Assembly: GCA_017621755.1 (NCBI GenBank)
Contig: JAGASL010000025.1
Location: 64,727-128,726 of the forward strand
DNA: 64,000 bases
From: Clostridia bacterium
GTDB taxonomy: Bacteria > Bacillota > Clostridia > Oscillospirales > CAG-272
Direction of reading: 5' to 3'
Part shown: positions 44,826-55,874 of the stretch, one piece after another
How the letters are laid out: each line of letters starts with the position of its first letter
Position numbering within the stretch: position 1 is the first letter of the stretch
Notes under the pieces: model-generated
Databases searched by the model: none
Seen by the model: only the letters and a program-made list of their open reading frames with translations
Told to the model about the DNA's origin: nothing
Program-made: the position numbers and the translations under genes

Positions 44826-46202
44826 ATGACAGCTTTACAGAAAAAACGCGATACCGATATGACACAGGGGCCGATCCTTCGTCATTTGATCGCCTTTTCC
44901 TTGCCGCTGCTGGCTGGATATCTGTTCCAGCAGATGTATAATATGGTAGATACTTGGGTCATTGGCAACTTTGCCAGTAACGAGGCCTTTTCTGCCGTGG
45001 GCACGGTTGGCTCCGCCATCAATGTGCTGATCGGCTTTTTCATGGGTCTTTCCAGCGGTGCCGGTGTGGTGATCTCGCAATATTACGGCGCGAAAAAGGA
45101 AAAAGAGGTTGGCCGCGCGGTGCAAACGGCTATGCTGATGACACTGGTGCTTGGCGTGCTTTTTACCTTCCTCGGCTTGGTGATCACGCCGTTCCTCTTA
45201 GATATGATGAACACACCAGATGATATCCTGCCGGATGCCTATACCTATCTTTCCACCTATTTTTCCGGTATCATCGGTCTTATGTTCTATAATATCGGCT
45301 CCGGCATTCTACGTGCCGTTGGCGATTCGCGCCGGCCGTTTTATTTTCTTGTCATTTCCGCCGTGATCAACACGGTGTTAGACCTGGTATTTGTTGTGAA
45401 TTTTCAGATGGGCGTTTTTGGCGTGGCACTTGCCACCATCATCGCCCAGGGCGTTTCTGCTTTGTTGGTCATCTTAACGCTGCTGCGAAGCAGGGAATGC
45501 ATCCGCTTGGTTGTAAAGTCGTGGCAGTTTGACGGCGAAATCTTAAAAAAGATCTTTCGCGTAGGTCTGCCGGCTGCGCTGCAAATGGCCATCACGTCCT
45601 TTTCTAACGTGTTTGTGCAATCCTACATCAATTATTTCCAAGGGGATTGTATGTCCGGCTGGACTGCCTATTCCAAGATCGACCAGCTGATCATGATGCC
45701 CATGCAGGCGGTTTCGTTGGCTGCCACCACGTTCGTTGGGCAGAACTTGGGGGATGGACAGATCGATCGCGCCAAAAAGGGCGTTGGCATTTCCGCCCTT
45801 GTCGCCGTGATAGCTACCGCTGTTTTGATCGTTCCTGTCATGCTGTTTGCCCCTTGGCTGGTCACCTTCTTTAATGCCAAGCCTGAGGTTGTAGCGTACG
45901 GAACGCTGTTTTTGCGCTGGCTTTCACCGTTCTACATTCTTTGTTGTATCAACCAGATCTATGCGGGCGCCCTGCGTGGCGCGGGCAATAGCCGCGCTTG
46001 CATGATCATTATGCTGGCATCCTTTGTGGTGTTCCGCCAGATCTATTTGTTTATCATGGCCAATTTCATTGCCAACGAGATCCTGCCCATCGCAATGAGC
46101 TACCCTGCCGGTTGGCTGCTTGCCAGCCTGCTATCGCAGCTCTACTATCGCCGGGTAGATCTTAACAAAACGCGCCTGGTGGAGTCAAAGGATCCAGTTT
46201 AG
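44826..46202 (+). CDS. MATE-family efflux transporter
   Basis: 12-TM profile. N-terminal GPILRHLIAFSLPLLAGYLFQQMYNMVDTWVIG. Confidence 0.9.
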   Translation: MTALQKKRDTDMTQGPILRHLIAFSLPLLAGYLFQQMYNMVDTWVIGNFASNEAFSAVGTVGSAINVLIGFFMGLSSGAGVVISQYYGAKKEKEVGRAVQTAMLMTLVLGVLFTFLGLVITPFLLDMMNTPDDILPDAYTYLSTYFSGIIGLMFYNIGSGILRAVGDSRRPFYFLVISAVINTVLDLVFVVNFQMGVFGVALATIIAQGVSALLVILTLLRSRECIRLVVKSWQFDGEILKKIFRVGLPAALQMAITSFSNVFVQSYINYFQGDCMSGWTAYSKIDQLIMMPMQAVSLAATTFVGQNLGDGQIDRAKKGVGISALVAVIATAVLIVPVMLFAPWLVTFFNAKPEVVAYGTLFLRWLSPFYILCCINQIYAGALRGAGNSRACMIIMLASFVVFRQIYLFIMANFIANEILPIAMSYPAGWLLASLLSQLYYRRVDLNKTRLVESKDPV

Positions 46203-46234
46203 TCCTTTTGGAAATGTTAAAATGAGGTGATTAC

Positions 46235-48724
46235 ATGAAACAATATATCGTTACCGGCATGAGCTGCGCCGCATGCAGCGGCAGGGTAGAGAAGGCGGTT
46301 TCCGCCGTGCCGGGTGTGACTGCTTGCTCGGTCAATCTGCTTACCGGCAGCATGGGGGTAGAGGGAAGTGCTACCTCTGAGGAGGTCGTGGCCGCGGTGG
46401 TTGCCGCCGGCTACGGTGCTACCCTGCGCGAGGCGGGGGAAGAAAAGCAGGAAAGGCCTGTAGTGCCCGCTCTGCCCGAGAATGATGTCAAGCCGTTACG
46501 CAACCGCTTGATCGCCTCTCTTGCCTTTCTTGCTTGCCTTATGTACCTGTCTATGGGGCACGTAATGTGGGGCTGGCCCTTGCCGGCAGCGTTGGCACAA
46601 AATCCGATGGCGATCGGCCTGGCACAGCTGCTGCTGGCCGCCATTGTGATGGTGATCAACCAAAAATTTTTCATCAGCGGCTTTCGTGCCGTTTGGCATC
46701 GGGCGCCCAATATGGATACGCTGGTGGCACTTGGCTCGGCTGCAGCCTTTGTCTATAGCACCGCTGTTTTGTTTGGTATGAGTGGTGCTTCGCATCACGA
46801 TGCATCACACGGCCTGCACGAGCTTTATTTTGAATCGGCTGCCATGATCCTTGCCCTGATCACGGTTGGCAAAATGCTAGAGGCACGGGCAAAGGGCAAA
46901 ACCACGAACGCCATTCGCCGCCTGATGCAGCTGGCTCCTCAGACCGCCACGCTTCTGCGCGAGGGGGAAGAGGTGATCGTGCCTGTTTGCGAGGTGCGCC
47001 GTGGGGATATCTTTGTTGTTCGCCCCGGCGAAAGCATCCCGGTTGACGGCGTGGTGATCGAGGGCGGTAGCGCTGTGAATGAATCCGCCCTTACAGGAGA
47101 GAGCATACCGGTCGATAAGACGGTGGGTGACGGCGTATCGGCCGCCACGCTGAATTGCTCTGGCTATTTGCGGTGCGAGGCTACTCGCGTAGGCGAGGAT
47201 ACCACCCTTGCCGAGATCATTCGCATGGTCAGCGATGCGGCCGCTACCAAAGCGCCGATCGCCAAGGTGGCCGATCGCGTTTCTTACGTCTTTGTCCCTG
47301 CCGTCATGCTGATCGCGCTGGTGGCTACGGTTGCCTGGCTGATCGCCGGGCAGGGGATCGGCTTTGCCCTGGCACGCGGTATTTCCGTGCTGGTCATCAG
47401 TTGCCCCTGCGCACTCGGTTTGGCGACACCGGTGGCCATTATGGTAGGCAGTGGCCTGGGGGCTAAGAACGGCATCCTGTTCAAAACTGCCGCCGCACTG
47501 GAGGAGTGTGGTCGCGTGGATATCGTAGCGCTGGATAAGACCGGCACCATTACCGAGGGTAAGCCGCTTTTGACCGATGTGCTGCCTGCTGAAGAGATTG
47601 ACGAGAGACAGCTGCTGGCGCTGGCCGCCTCGCTGGAGGCGAAAAGCGAGCATCCGCTTGCACGCGCCGTGCTGGCCGCAGCTGAGGATCGCGAGATCCC
47701 CCTTGACGAGGTAGAGGAATTTGTAGCCCTTCCCGGCAATGGCTTGCGTGCTGTTTACCAAGGAAAGGCGCTATGTGGTGGCAGCCTGTCCTTTATCGAG
47801 ACCTTGCTACCTGTACCCAACGAGATGCGCACGACAGCCATTGGTCTGGCTGAGGAAGGAAAAACACCCCTGTTCTTTGCACATGGTGATCGTTTGCTTG
47901 GCATGCTGGCGGTGGCTGACGTGCTGAAGCCTGAGAGCCGCCAGGCAGTTGCCGAGCTGCAGCAGATGGGGGTTCGCGTGGTGATGCTGACTGGGGATAA
48001 TGAGCGTACCGCCCGCGCCATTGGCCGGGCTGCCGGGGTAGACGAGGTAATTGCCGGTGTTCTGCCGGCTGGCAAGGAGGAAGTCATTCGCCGCCTCTCG
48101 GCCGAGGGAAAGGTGGCTATGGTGGGTGACGGCATCAACGATGCGCCGGCCCTCACGCGCGCTGCCGTTGGCATGGCCATTGGCGCCGGCGCCGACGTAG
48201 CCGTAGACGCGGCAGACGTGGTGCTGGTCAACAGTCGCCCAACAGATGTGCCTGCTGCTATTCGGCTTAGCCGCGCAACGCTTCACAATATTCATGAAAA
48301 TCTGTTCTTCGCATTTTGTTACAATATTATTGGCATTCCGCTGGCAGCCGGGCTGTTTATTCCGTTGCTCGGTTGGCAGCTGGCACCTATGTTTGGTGCC
48401 GCCGCAATGAGCGTTTCCAGCTTTCTGGTGGTCAGCAACGCTCTACGATTAAACCTGTTCCACTTGCGCGATCCGCGCTATTTTCACCGTAAAGCAAAGA
48501 AAAAAGGAGAAACAAAAACCATGGAAAAAACATTGAAGGTTGAAGGAATGATGTGCATGCATTGCGAGGCGCACGTCAAAAAGGCATTAGAGGCGCTGCC
48601 CGGTGTTACGGCAGCCGTTGCCAGCCACCAAGAGGGCACCGTAGTTATTACGATGAGCGAGCCGGTAGCAGACGAAACACTGAAGGCGACCATCGAGGCT
48701 GAGGGCTATCAGGTGATCGGTTAA
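46235..48724 (+). CDS. copA: Copper-translocating P1B-type ATPase with an N-terminal HMA domain and an additional C-terminal CopZ-like HMA domain
   Basis: [15 protein letters not shown] (SCPCALG), DKTGTIT and GDGINDAP motifs. C-terminal [23 protein letters not shown]. Confidence 0.92.
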   Translation: MKQYIVTGMSCAACSGRVEKAVSAVPGVTACSVNLLTGSMGVEGSATSEEVVAAVVAAGYGATLREAGEEKQERPVVPALPENDVKPLRNRLIASLAFLACLMYLSMGHVMWGWPLPAALAQNPMAIGLAQLLLAAIVMVINQKFFISGFRAVWHRAPNMDTLVALGSAAAFVYSTAVLFGMSGASHHDASHGLHELYFESAAMILALITVGKMLEARAKGKTTNAIRRLMQLAPQTATLLREGEEVIVPVCEVRRGDIFVVRPGESIPVDGVVIEGGSAVNESALTGESIPVDKTVGDGVSAATLNCSGYLRCEATRVGEDTTLAEIIRMVSDAAATKAPIAKVADRVSYVFVPAVMLIALVATVAWLIAGQGIGFALARGISVLVISCPCALGLATPVAIMVGSGLGAKNGILFKTAAALEECGRVDIVALDKTGTITEGKPLLTDVLPAEEIDERQLLALAASLEAKSEHPLARAVLAAAEDREIPLDEVEEFVALPGNGLRAVYQGKALCGGSLSFIETLLPVPNEMRTTAIGLAEEGKTPLFFAHGDRLLGMLAVADVLKPESRQAVAELQQMGVRVVMLTGDNERTARAIGRAAGVDEVIAGVLPAGKEEVIRRLSAEGKVAMVGDGINDAPALTRAAVGMAIGAGADVAVDAADVVLVNSRPTDVPAAIRLSRATLHNIHENLFFAFCYNIIGIPLAAGLFIPLLGWQLAPMFGAAAMSVSSFLVVSNALRLNLFHLRDPRYFHRKAKKKGETKTMEKTLKVEGMMCMHCEAHVKKALEALPGVTAAVASHQEGTVVITMSEPVADETLKATIEAEGYQVIG

Positions 48725-48747
48725 AAAATCCCCGAAAGGATAACGCT

Positions 48748-50706
48748 ATGGTACGCAGAAAAATACCCGTATATTCCTTTGAAGAAACGGAAAGGAGACC
48801 TGTTCGCCAGGATACCTTTCTCCTTAAGAATTTCTTGTTGACCCTTCCGCCGCTTTCCGGCCTGGTAGGCAAGGAGCAGGTGCTGCTGGAAGCCAAGGGC
48901 AGCCTTTGCATCAGACTGATCTGTCGCACCCTGGATATTGACAGCACAGATGGCGAAATGCATAGCCTGCGACGTGAAAACTGCTTTGATTTTAACGAAA
49001 AGGATGAATGGATCCTGGATATTGCCTTTACCACCCGCACCAAGGAGGGGGTAGAGGAGACCTATCCGCTGCGCCTGCCGCTTTCTATGCCCGGCGTGTT
49101 GGACGAGCCGCTTTCTCTGTATTTTGACGGAACGTGGCTGCGCCTGCTTTCTCGCGGCGAGGTCTTGAATGAAAATTCCGGCATTGGCGATCTGGCTACA
49201 CCCACGCAGGTGACCGCCTGCGAGGCGATAGCCGTTTCCGCCGTGACGGCGTGTGGGGTTCGTTACCGCACTGAGGAAAGCGATATGCCGGCAGACCTTT
49301 ACTTCCCGCACGGCTTTAATACCAACGTGGGCGACGTGATGACCTTTTATCATGACGGCACCTACCATATTCTCTATCTGCACGACCGCCGCCACCATGG
49401 TAGCCGAGGCGGCAAGGGCGCCCATACGATCGCCCACCTGACAACAAAGGATCTTTTGACCTGGGAGGAGCAAGAGCTGCTTGCGGATATTGAGCATCCA
49501 TACGAGACCTTTGGCACGGGTACCATGTTCTATCACCGTGGGAAATATTATATGAGCTACGGCATCCATGCCAGCCGCCATCCAAGCGGTAAGTTTATAG
49601 AGCCGGATTATGATGCCCAAAACGGTTGCTTCCACTACAAGACCTTTGAGCAGGTCTATGCCGAGGGCGGTATGCCCCTGGGGGCTACCGTATCCGTATC
49701 TGATGACGGTATTCATTTTCAAAAATCCGGCATTCTTTACCACGGCGCGCAAAACCCCAGTGCTTATACGAACAGTAAAGGCGGCATCACGCTGTACGGT
49801 GGGTACGGCGCAGAGGGCGTTTGGGAGGCAGAGGAATTTGGAAAGCCCTTTTATAAAAGGGGCAGGAGTTTTGTTTTTAGTGGCCCTGATACGGCGCTTG
49901 GCTGCTCCTCAGAATGTCCCGCCTTCTTCAAAATGGGTGATTATCAATATTTGATTGTGGGCTTTTGCGGCTATTTTCGCACGACCGAGCCCGGCTCTGA
50001 TCAATTTGTAGATGCTATCAAGCTGGGGGAAAATATTTACGATGGTCTTTGCGTTCCCATGGTGGCTGAGCTTGCTAACGGCAGGCGGCTGATCGCCGGC
50101 TGGATCGAAAGTGCCCTTGGCTGGGGCGGGGCTCTCATGCAGCGTGAGCTGATACAGGAAGAGGGCGGCAAGCTGGGTATGAAATGGATCCCAGAGCTAT
50201 ACCCCGTTAAGCAAGGCAAGGATCTATTCCGGCAGGGCAGTGCAGAGCAAGCCTTAAAGGAAAAAGAGAATTATATCCTGGAATGCCGGGCGCAGGTCGA
50301 TGAAAACGGCATTTTTGCCCTTGATCTGCTTGGCACAGATCGCGCCGCACAGCTACGCATTGATATTCACGCCCACAAGGCGCAAATTACCGATTGCCAG
50401 GGTGATGGAAGCGTGGTCGATGAGCTAGAAACCCCCTACGAAAAACGGCAAAAGGGATACAAGGATTCCTTTAGGGCACTCGGAAATGCCACGCAAAATT
50501 ATGCCATTCCCGACGTGCCGCTTGGCAAAGAATTTTCGCTGCGCATGATTCTGCGCTATTCTACCAGAATGCGCGGTACTGTGTGCGATATAGAGCTGGA
50601 TGGCAGGCGTACCATGATCTCTTTGCGCCCGCATCTCTTTGCAAGCGTGCTAAAGCCGGTTGCCGGCAAGATCGCGCAAGGTAGTCTGTTTTCCATTATC
50701 CAATAA
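48748..50706 (+). CDS. Beta-propeller glycoside hydrolase-like protein (GH32/GH43 clan-like, 652 aa)
   Basis: GDVMTFYHDGTYHILYLHD (nucleophile-region-like) and SSECPAFFKMGDYQYLIVG (EC acid/base-like) segments. Confidence 0.5.
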   Translation: MVRRKIPVYSFEETERRPVRQDTFLLKNFLLTLPPLSGLVGKEQVLLEAKGSLCIRLICRTLDIDSTDGEMHSLRRENCFDFNEKDEWILDIAFTTRTKEGVEETYPLRLPLSMPGVLDEPLSLYFDGTWLRLLSRGEVLNENSGIGDLATPTQVTACEAIAVSAVTACGVRYRTEESDMPADLYFPHGFNTNVGDVMTFYHDGTYHILYLHDRRHHGSRGGKGAHTIAHLTTKDLLTWEEQELLADIEHPYETFGTGTMFYHRGKYYMSYGIHASRHPSGKFIEPDYDAQNGCFHYKTFEQVYAEGGMPLGATVSVSDDGIHFQKSGILYHGAQNPSAYTNSKGGITLYGGYGAEGVWEAEEFGKPFYKRGRSFVFSGPDTALGCSSECPAFFKMGDYQYLIVGFCGYFRTTEPGSDQFVDAIKLGENIYDGLCVPMVAELANGRRLIAGWIESALGWGGALMQRELIQEEGGKLGMKWIPELYPVKQGKDLFRQGSAEQALKEKENYILECRAQVDENGIFALDLLGTDRAAQLRIDIHAHKAQITDCQGDGSVVDELETPYEKRQKGYKDSFRALGNATQNYAIPDVPLGKEFSLRMILRYSTRMRGTVCDIELDGRRTMISLRPHLFASVLKPVAGKIAQGSLFSIIQ

Positions 50707-50742
50707 AACAACGGGCGAGGAATTTCTTCCTCGCCCGTTGTT
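50707..50742. terminator. Bidirectional terminator
   Basis: aacaacgggcgagg-aatttctt-cctcgcccgttgtt. Confidence 0.8.
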
Positions 50743-50760
50743 TATAGATCTGTCAATTGA

Positions 50761-51744
50761 TTACCGATCCTCGCGGTAATAGTTTAAGCCAAGCGCAGCC
50801 GGCGGCTGGCTCTCGCGACTCTTGCGGATGCTGACAAGCACCAGCACCAAAATGGTAACCACGTAGGGAAGCATTTGGATCAAGGGCATAGTCTGCATGC
50901 TGACGGGAATGTAGTTAAACAGGATATACAGACCGCCGAACAGATAAGAGCCCAGAATGCCTATCATCGGCTTCCAGGTGGCGAAAATAACCAGGGCGAT
51001 AGCCAACCAACCACGGTCGCCAAAGCCGTTGTTTGACCATACGCCGTTGGTATAGTCCATGACGTAGTAAAGACCGCCAAGACCGGCGATCATGCCGCCC
51101 AGGCAGGTAGAAGCGTACTTATAGCGTGTTACGTTAATACCGGCAGCATCGGCCGTGGCAGGGTTTTCACCCACGGCACGCAGGTGCAGACCAATGCGTG
51201 TTTTCTTCAACACCAGGGCTACGATAATAGCCAAAACGACTGCCAGATATACCATAAAGCCATAAGAAAGAAACAGGTCGCCAAACCAGCCAAGGCTATC
51301 AGCAAAGGGCAGCGTGGTCTTGTAGATCTTTGCGATCTTGGTCAGCGCGATCGAGGGGACCTCGCTATCTACCAGCTTGATCAGCGAACCGCCGAAAAAG
51401 TTACCAAAGCCAACGCCAAAGGTAGTCAGTGCCAGGCCAGTCACGTTTTGGTTGGCGCGTAGTGTAACGGTCAGAAAGCAGTAGAGCAGAGAAGCAAGGA
51501 ATGAGCCCAGCAGGCTGCAGAGCAGCGGAATGAAGATCGCCAAAAATGGGTTTAGCTTTATGCCGGCTGTGCTTTGGTAAAAGAAACCGCCAATAACGCC
51601 GCAAATGCCACCGATATACATAATGCCGGGAATACCCAGGTTCAGGTTGCCGGATTTTTCGGTCAGGATCTCACCAGTCGAGCCGAAAAGCAGAGGCGTG
51701 CCCTGTAGGATAGCGCGTTGAATGAATTGCACGATAGGAAACAT
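50761..51744 (-). CDS. Nucleoside/BMP-type ABC transporter permease (NupQ-like)
   Basis: Polytopic protein. Last gene of the xpt-bmp operon. Overlaps the upstream stop by 1 nt. Confidence 0.88.
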   Translation of the reverse strand: MFPIVQFIQRAILQGTPLLFGSTGEILTEKSGNLNLGIPGIMYIGGICGVIGGFFYQSTAGIKLNPFLAIFIPLLCSLLGSFLASLLYCFLTVTLRANQNVTGLALTTFGVGFGNFFGGSLIKLVDSEVPSIALTKIAKIYKTTLPFADSLGWFGDLFLSYGFMVYLAVVLAIIVALVLKKTRIGLHLRAVGENPATADAAGINVTRYKYASTCLGGMIAGLGGLYYVMDYTNGVWSNNGFGDRGWLAIALVIFATWKPMIGILGSYLFGGLYILFNYIPVSMQTMPLIQMLPYVVTILVLVLVSIRKSRESQPPAALGLNYYREDR

Positions 51745-52895
51745 TACGCAGCCACCTCCTTTTCAGCGTGATTCTTTTTGTTGAACTGTACACGATATTG
51801 AATAAAGAACTCACAACCGATGATAAAGAACAGGATAATACCAGTCAGTATATCCGAGAAGGAGGAGTTCAGTCCAAACTTTGAGGATACCTCTGTCGAG
51901 CCACGGTCAAGCACCACCAGCAGGCAGGTCGTTAGGATCATCATCAGCGGATTGAATTTGGCCAGCCAGGATACCATAATGGCCGTAAAGCCGCGCCCAT
52001 CTGCCAGGTTAGAGGCGATCGAATGAGAGGTACCACCAACCAGCAGCAGACCGGCAATACCGCACAGACCGCCGGAAATGGCCATGGTACGAATAATGAC
52101 CTTCTTGACGTTGATGCCAATATAGCGTGCGGTGTTTTCACTTTCACCAACTACGGAAATTTCATAGCCGTGCTTGGTGTGCTTCAGGTAAATATACACC
52201 AGCGCGGTAATCACAGCAACGATCAGAATGTTCAGCAGGTATTTCTGCCCAAAAAGAGCAGGGAACCAACCGTGCTTTAGGATGTTGGGGCCTACGGTGT
52301 TAGAGCCGCTCTTGTCGGCAACCTTGAGGAAAAATTCGATCAGCTGAATGGCAACGTAGTTCATCATCAGCGTAAAAAGCGTTTCATTGGTGCCCCAAAA
52401 CGCCTTAAAGAAGGCAGGAAGAACACCCCACAGAACACCAGCCAATACGCTGGCAACCAGCATGATCAGGATCAGCAGCGGGTCGGGCACGATGCCACCC
52501 AGGGTGAACATGCAAATAGCAGTAGCCAAGCAACCGATCAGCACCTGCCCCTCGGCGCCCGTGTTCCAGAAGCGCATCTTAAAGGCAGGGGTAACCGCCA
52601 GCGAGATGCACAGCAGAATGGCAATATCCTGCAGCGTAGCCCAAAGCCGCAGGAATTGGGTGTCATGGGCGTTACCAAAGGCGCCCTCAAAAATTGTGAT
52701 ATAGATCGAAATGGGGTTGTCACCGGTCAACAGAATGGTGATAATGCCGCAAAAGATCAGAGAAAGCAGAATGGCGGCCACGCGGATCAGCACAGCTGTC
52801 TTCATGGAAACGGCACCGCGCTTTGTAATGTGCAGCAAAGGCTCGCGTGTGCGCTTTTGCGTTTTGGGGGTATGATTATTTTGCATGGCTGACAC
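51744..52895 (-). CDS. Nucleoside/BMP-type ABC transporter permease (NupP-like)
   Basis: Polytopic protein. Overlaps the end of the ATPase gene by 20 nt. Confidence 0.88.
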   Translation of the reverse strand: MSAMQNNHTPKTQKRTREPLLHITKRGAVSMKTAVLIRVAAILLSLIFCGIITILLTGDNPISIYITIFEGAFGNAHDTQFLRLWATLQDIAILLCISLAVTPAFKMRFWNTGAEGQVLIGCLATAICMFTLGGIVPDPLLILIMLVASVLAGVLWGVLPAFFKAFWGTNETLFTLMMNYVAIQLIEFFLKVADKSGSNTVGPNILKHGWFPALFGQKYLLNILIVAVITALVYIYLKHTKHGYEISVVGESENTARYIGINVKKVIIRTMAISGGLCGIAGLLLVGGTSHSIASNLADGRGFTAIMVSWLAKFNPLMMILTTCLLVVLDRGSTEVSSKFGLNSSFSDILTGIILFFIIGCEFFIQYRVQFNKKNHAEKEVAA

Positions 52896-54417
52896 CTCCT
52901 TCCGTCTTTGTCATCAGCAAGCCAATTTCCTCCTTGGTGGTGCTTCGGGCATCCACCGTGCCGGTGATCGTGCCACCGCCAATGACCAAAATGCGGTCGC
53001 ACAGCTCCAGCAGCACGTCCAGATCCTCACCTACAAAGATCACGGCTACACCGTGTTCCTTTTGTTCGTTCAGCAGGCGGTAGATCGTATACGAGGAATT
53101 GATATCCAGGCCGCGCACCGGGTATGCTGCCATCAGCACAGAGGGGGAAGAGGAGATTTCACGCCCTACAAGTACCTTCTGTACGTTACCACCCGAAAGG
53201 CGGCGTACTGGCGTGGTGGCGCTGGGGGTCACGACCTGCAGATCCTCAATGATCTTTTCGGCAAGATCCTTCGGCTTCTGCCGGTCAAGGAAAATAGAGT
53301 GGCCGCGGCGGTAGCTGCGTAGCATCATATTGTCAATGATGTCCATATTGCCGGCAAGGCCCATGCCAAGGCGGTCCTCCGGCACAAAGGAGAGGCGAAC
53401 GCCCAGCTCGCGGATCTGTAGCGGCGTTTTGTCACGCAGGTTTACCTGCTCCTCGGTTTTAGGATCGTTGTAAAGAATGCGACCGCCATCCAGGTGGCAA
53501 AGCCCGGCAATCGATTCCAGCAGCTCACGCTGGCCGCTGCCGGCAATGCCGGCAATGCCGAGAATTTCACCGCTGCGGGCGGTAAAGGATATATTATTAA
53601 GAACGCCGATCCCCTCTGCATTGGTCATGTGCAGGTTTTCTACGATCAGTCGATCGATGGGGTTCTTAGGCTCAGTACGGTCAATGTTCAGGGAAACCTT
53701 CTGGCCTACCATCATTTCGGTCAGAACGGTTTCGTTGGTGTCAGCGGTTTCTACCGTGTCAACGTATTCGCCCTTGCGCAAAATGGCAACACGGTCAGAA
53801 AGAGCAAGCACCTCGTGCATCTTATGGGTAATGATAATGATAGATTTGCCGTCGTCTCTCATGCGGCGAAGCACGGCAAATAGCTTTTCCGTCTCTTGCG
53901 GTGTCAGCACGGCAGTCGGCTCGTCTAAGATCAGGATCTCGGCACCGCGATACAGCACCTTCACGATCTCTACCGTTTGCTTTTCCGAAACGGACATGTC
54001 ATAAATTTTCTTGTTAGGCTGAATGTCAAAGCCGTATTTTTCAGAAATGGCGGCAACCTTGTCAGCAGCCTCCTTCAGGTTGTATTTGGTCTTGTCCTCG
54101 ATGCCAAGAATAATATTCTCGGTAGCGGTAAAGACGTCTACCAGCTTAAAATGCTGGTGGATCATACCAATGCCGTAGCCAAAGGCATCCTTTGGGGAGG
54201 CGATCAGCGCGGGCTTGCCATCAATATAGATCTCGCCCTCGTCGGGATAATAAATACCCGCGATCATATTCATCAGCGTGGTCTTGCCACTACCGTTTTC
54301 ACCTAAAATAGCAAGAATTTCACCATGACGAACCTGCAGGCTGACATCATGATTGGCCAAAACGCTGCCAAAGCGTTTTGTAACGTGCTTTAGTTCGATA
54401 GCAATTGCGCCTTTCAA
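52876..54417 (-). CDS. Tandem-NBD ABC ATPase (NupO/RnsB-like)
   Basis: TTG start at 54417, 6 nt after AAGGAGG. GENGSGKTT and a second NBD are present. The ORF-track start at 54489 has no RBS. Confidence 0.88.
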   Translation of the reverse strand: MKGAIAIELKHVTKRFGSVLANHDVSLQVRHGEILAILGENGSGKTTLMNMIAGIYYPDEGEIYIDGKPALIASPKDAFGYGIGMIHQHFKLVDVFTATENIILGIEDKTKYNLKEAADKVAAISEKYGFDIQPNKKIYDMSVSEKQTVEIVKVLYRGAEILILDEPTAVLTPQETEKLFAVLRRMRDDGKSIIIITHKMHEVLALSDRVAILRKGEYVDTVETADTNETVLTEMMVGQKVSLNIDRTEPKNPIDRLIVENLHMTNAEGIGVLNNISFTARSGEILGIAGIAGSGQRELLESIAGLCHLDGGRILYNDPKTEEQVNLRDKTPLQIRELGVRLSFVPEDRLGMGLAGNMDIIDNMMLRSYRRGHSIFLDRQKPKDLAEKIIEDLQVVTPSATTPVRRLSGGNVQKVLVGREISSSPSVLMAAYPVRGLDINSSYTIYRLLNEQKEHGVAVIFVGEDLDVLLELCDRILVIGGGTITGTVDARSTTKEEIGLLMTKTEGGVSHAK

Positions 54418-54505
54418 AGCATTACCTCCTTGGATTGGTAAAACGGGGAAATAAAGAGTGGGAGGCGGGGCAGAGCAGCCCCGCCTCATAGCTATGGGGG
54501 ATAAA

Positions 54506-55801
54506 TTAAAGCTTGGTGTTCAGGTTCTCAATACCGTCAATGATGATATCGAAGTAAGGAGCGGAACGATCGCTCGATTCAGCAAAGTAGCCGTCCTTGA
54601 TAGCCTCGGTTTCCTTTACGTAGTCGCTAAAGTCATCAACGTCAGCCAGGTAGCTGGTCAGCTTCGCGCCGTTAACGGTAATGAAGTTATCCTTCGTTAC
54701 GTCAAATACGTGCAGCGTGCCAGCCTTGAACTGCTCGATAGCAGTCTTGATGGCCTCTACGGTACCCTCGGCAGCAACGTCCAGGTTGATCTCGGTCAGA
54801 ACAACAGAGCCTTCCTTGATGCCACCGCACCAGTCAGCAGCGATCTCCTCGCCGTTTACGTAGCTCTCAATGATGTACTGGAAGTAGGGAGCCCAGTTGA
54901 TAGCAGAGGAAACGATAAAGGTCTCAGGGCATGCCTGATAGGTGCTACCGTTGTAGGAAACGTTCGGAACACCGGCAACCTCGCAGGCACCGGGGGCACC
55001 CATCGAGTCAGCATGCTGGCTGATCAGAACGCAGCCCTTGCTCAGCAGGGCCTGTGCAGCCTCCTGCTCCAGAGCCTCGTCATACCATTCGCCGGTGTAC
55101 TGTACCTTCATGGTAACGCTGGGGCAAACGCTCTTGGCGCCCAGATAGAAGGAGGTAAGGCCAGAAACAACCTCTGCATAGGTGTAAGCACCTACGTAGC
55201 CCATCACAGCCTGCTCAGGGGTGATCTTACCAGCCTCGATCATCTCGTTCAGCTTCATACCGGCAGCAATACCGGCCAGGTATCTGCCCTGGTAGATAGA
55301 AGCGAATGCATTGTGATAGTTGGGGGTTTCAGCAGTGTGTGCCTGGGTACCGGTAGCGTGGCAGAACTGTACGTCCGGGAAGTCCTTGGCAGCCTGCAGC
55401 ATAAAGGGCTCGTGGCCAAAGCTGTTGGCAAAGATGATGTCGCAGCCCTGGGCAACCAGGTCGGCAGCAGCCTCATAGCAGGCATTGTCCTCGCCGATCT
55501 GCGTCTTGCAGATGAACTGCTCGTTGGTCAGACCAAACAGCTCCTTGATGCTCTCGGCAGCAACGATAAAGTTCTTATCGTAGGTCGAGTTTTCATCATG
55601 CAGGAAGATGAAGCCGATCTTGAAGTCATCCGGAATGGTGACGTCTGTGGTCAGCGTGGGGCGGGGCAGCGGAGATTCACTCAGGCCCTTCAGCTCGTCT
55701 TCGGTACCACCGTTACCGCCTTCGCCGCCGCAAGCAACCAGTGCTGCGCAGGAAAAGCACATAACAACGACCAGAAGGAAAGAAAGAATCTTCTTGAACA
55801 T
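54506..55801 (-). CDS. BMP-family ABC substrate-binding lipoprotein (431 aa)
   Basis: Lipobox LVAC. GGAGG RBS. Confidence 0.88.
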   Translation of the reverse strand: MFKKILSFLLVVVMCFSCAALVACGGEGGNGGTEDELKGLSESPLPRPTLTTDVTIPDDFKIGFIFLHDENSTYDKNFIVAAESIKELFGLTNEQFICKTQIGEDNACYEAAADLVAQGCDIIFANSFGHEPFMLQAAKDFPDVQFCHATGTQAHTAETPNYHNAFASIYQGRYLAGIAAGMKLNEMIEAGKITPEQAVMGYVGAYTYAEVVSGLTSFYLGAKSVCPSVTMKVQYTGEWYDEALEQEAAQALLSKGCVLISQHADSMGAPGACEVAGVPNVSYNGSTYQACPETFIVSSAINWAPYFQYIIESYVNGEEIAADWCGGIKEGSVVLTEINLDVAAEGTVEAIKTAIEQFKAGTLHVFDVTKDNFITVNGAKLTSYLADVDDFSDYVKETEAIKDGYFAESSDRSAPYFDIIIDGIENLNTKL

Positions 55802-55874
55802 GGTATGTTCCTCCTAAAAGAAAATGATATTTATTACGTGGGGGGAAACCCAGGTAACCAAGGGTAAGCGCCGA

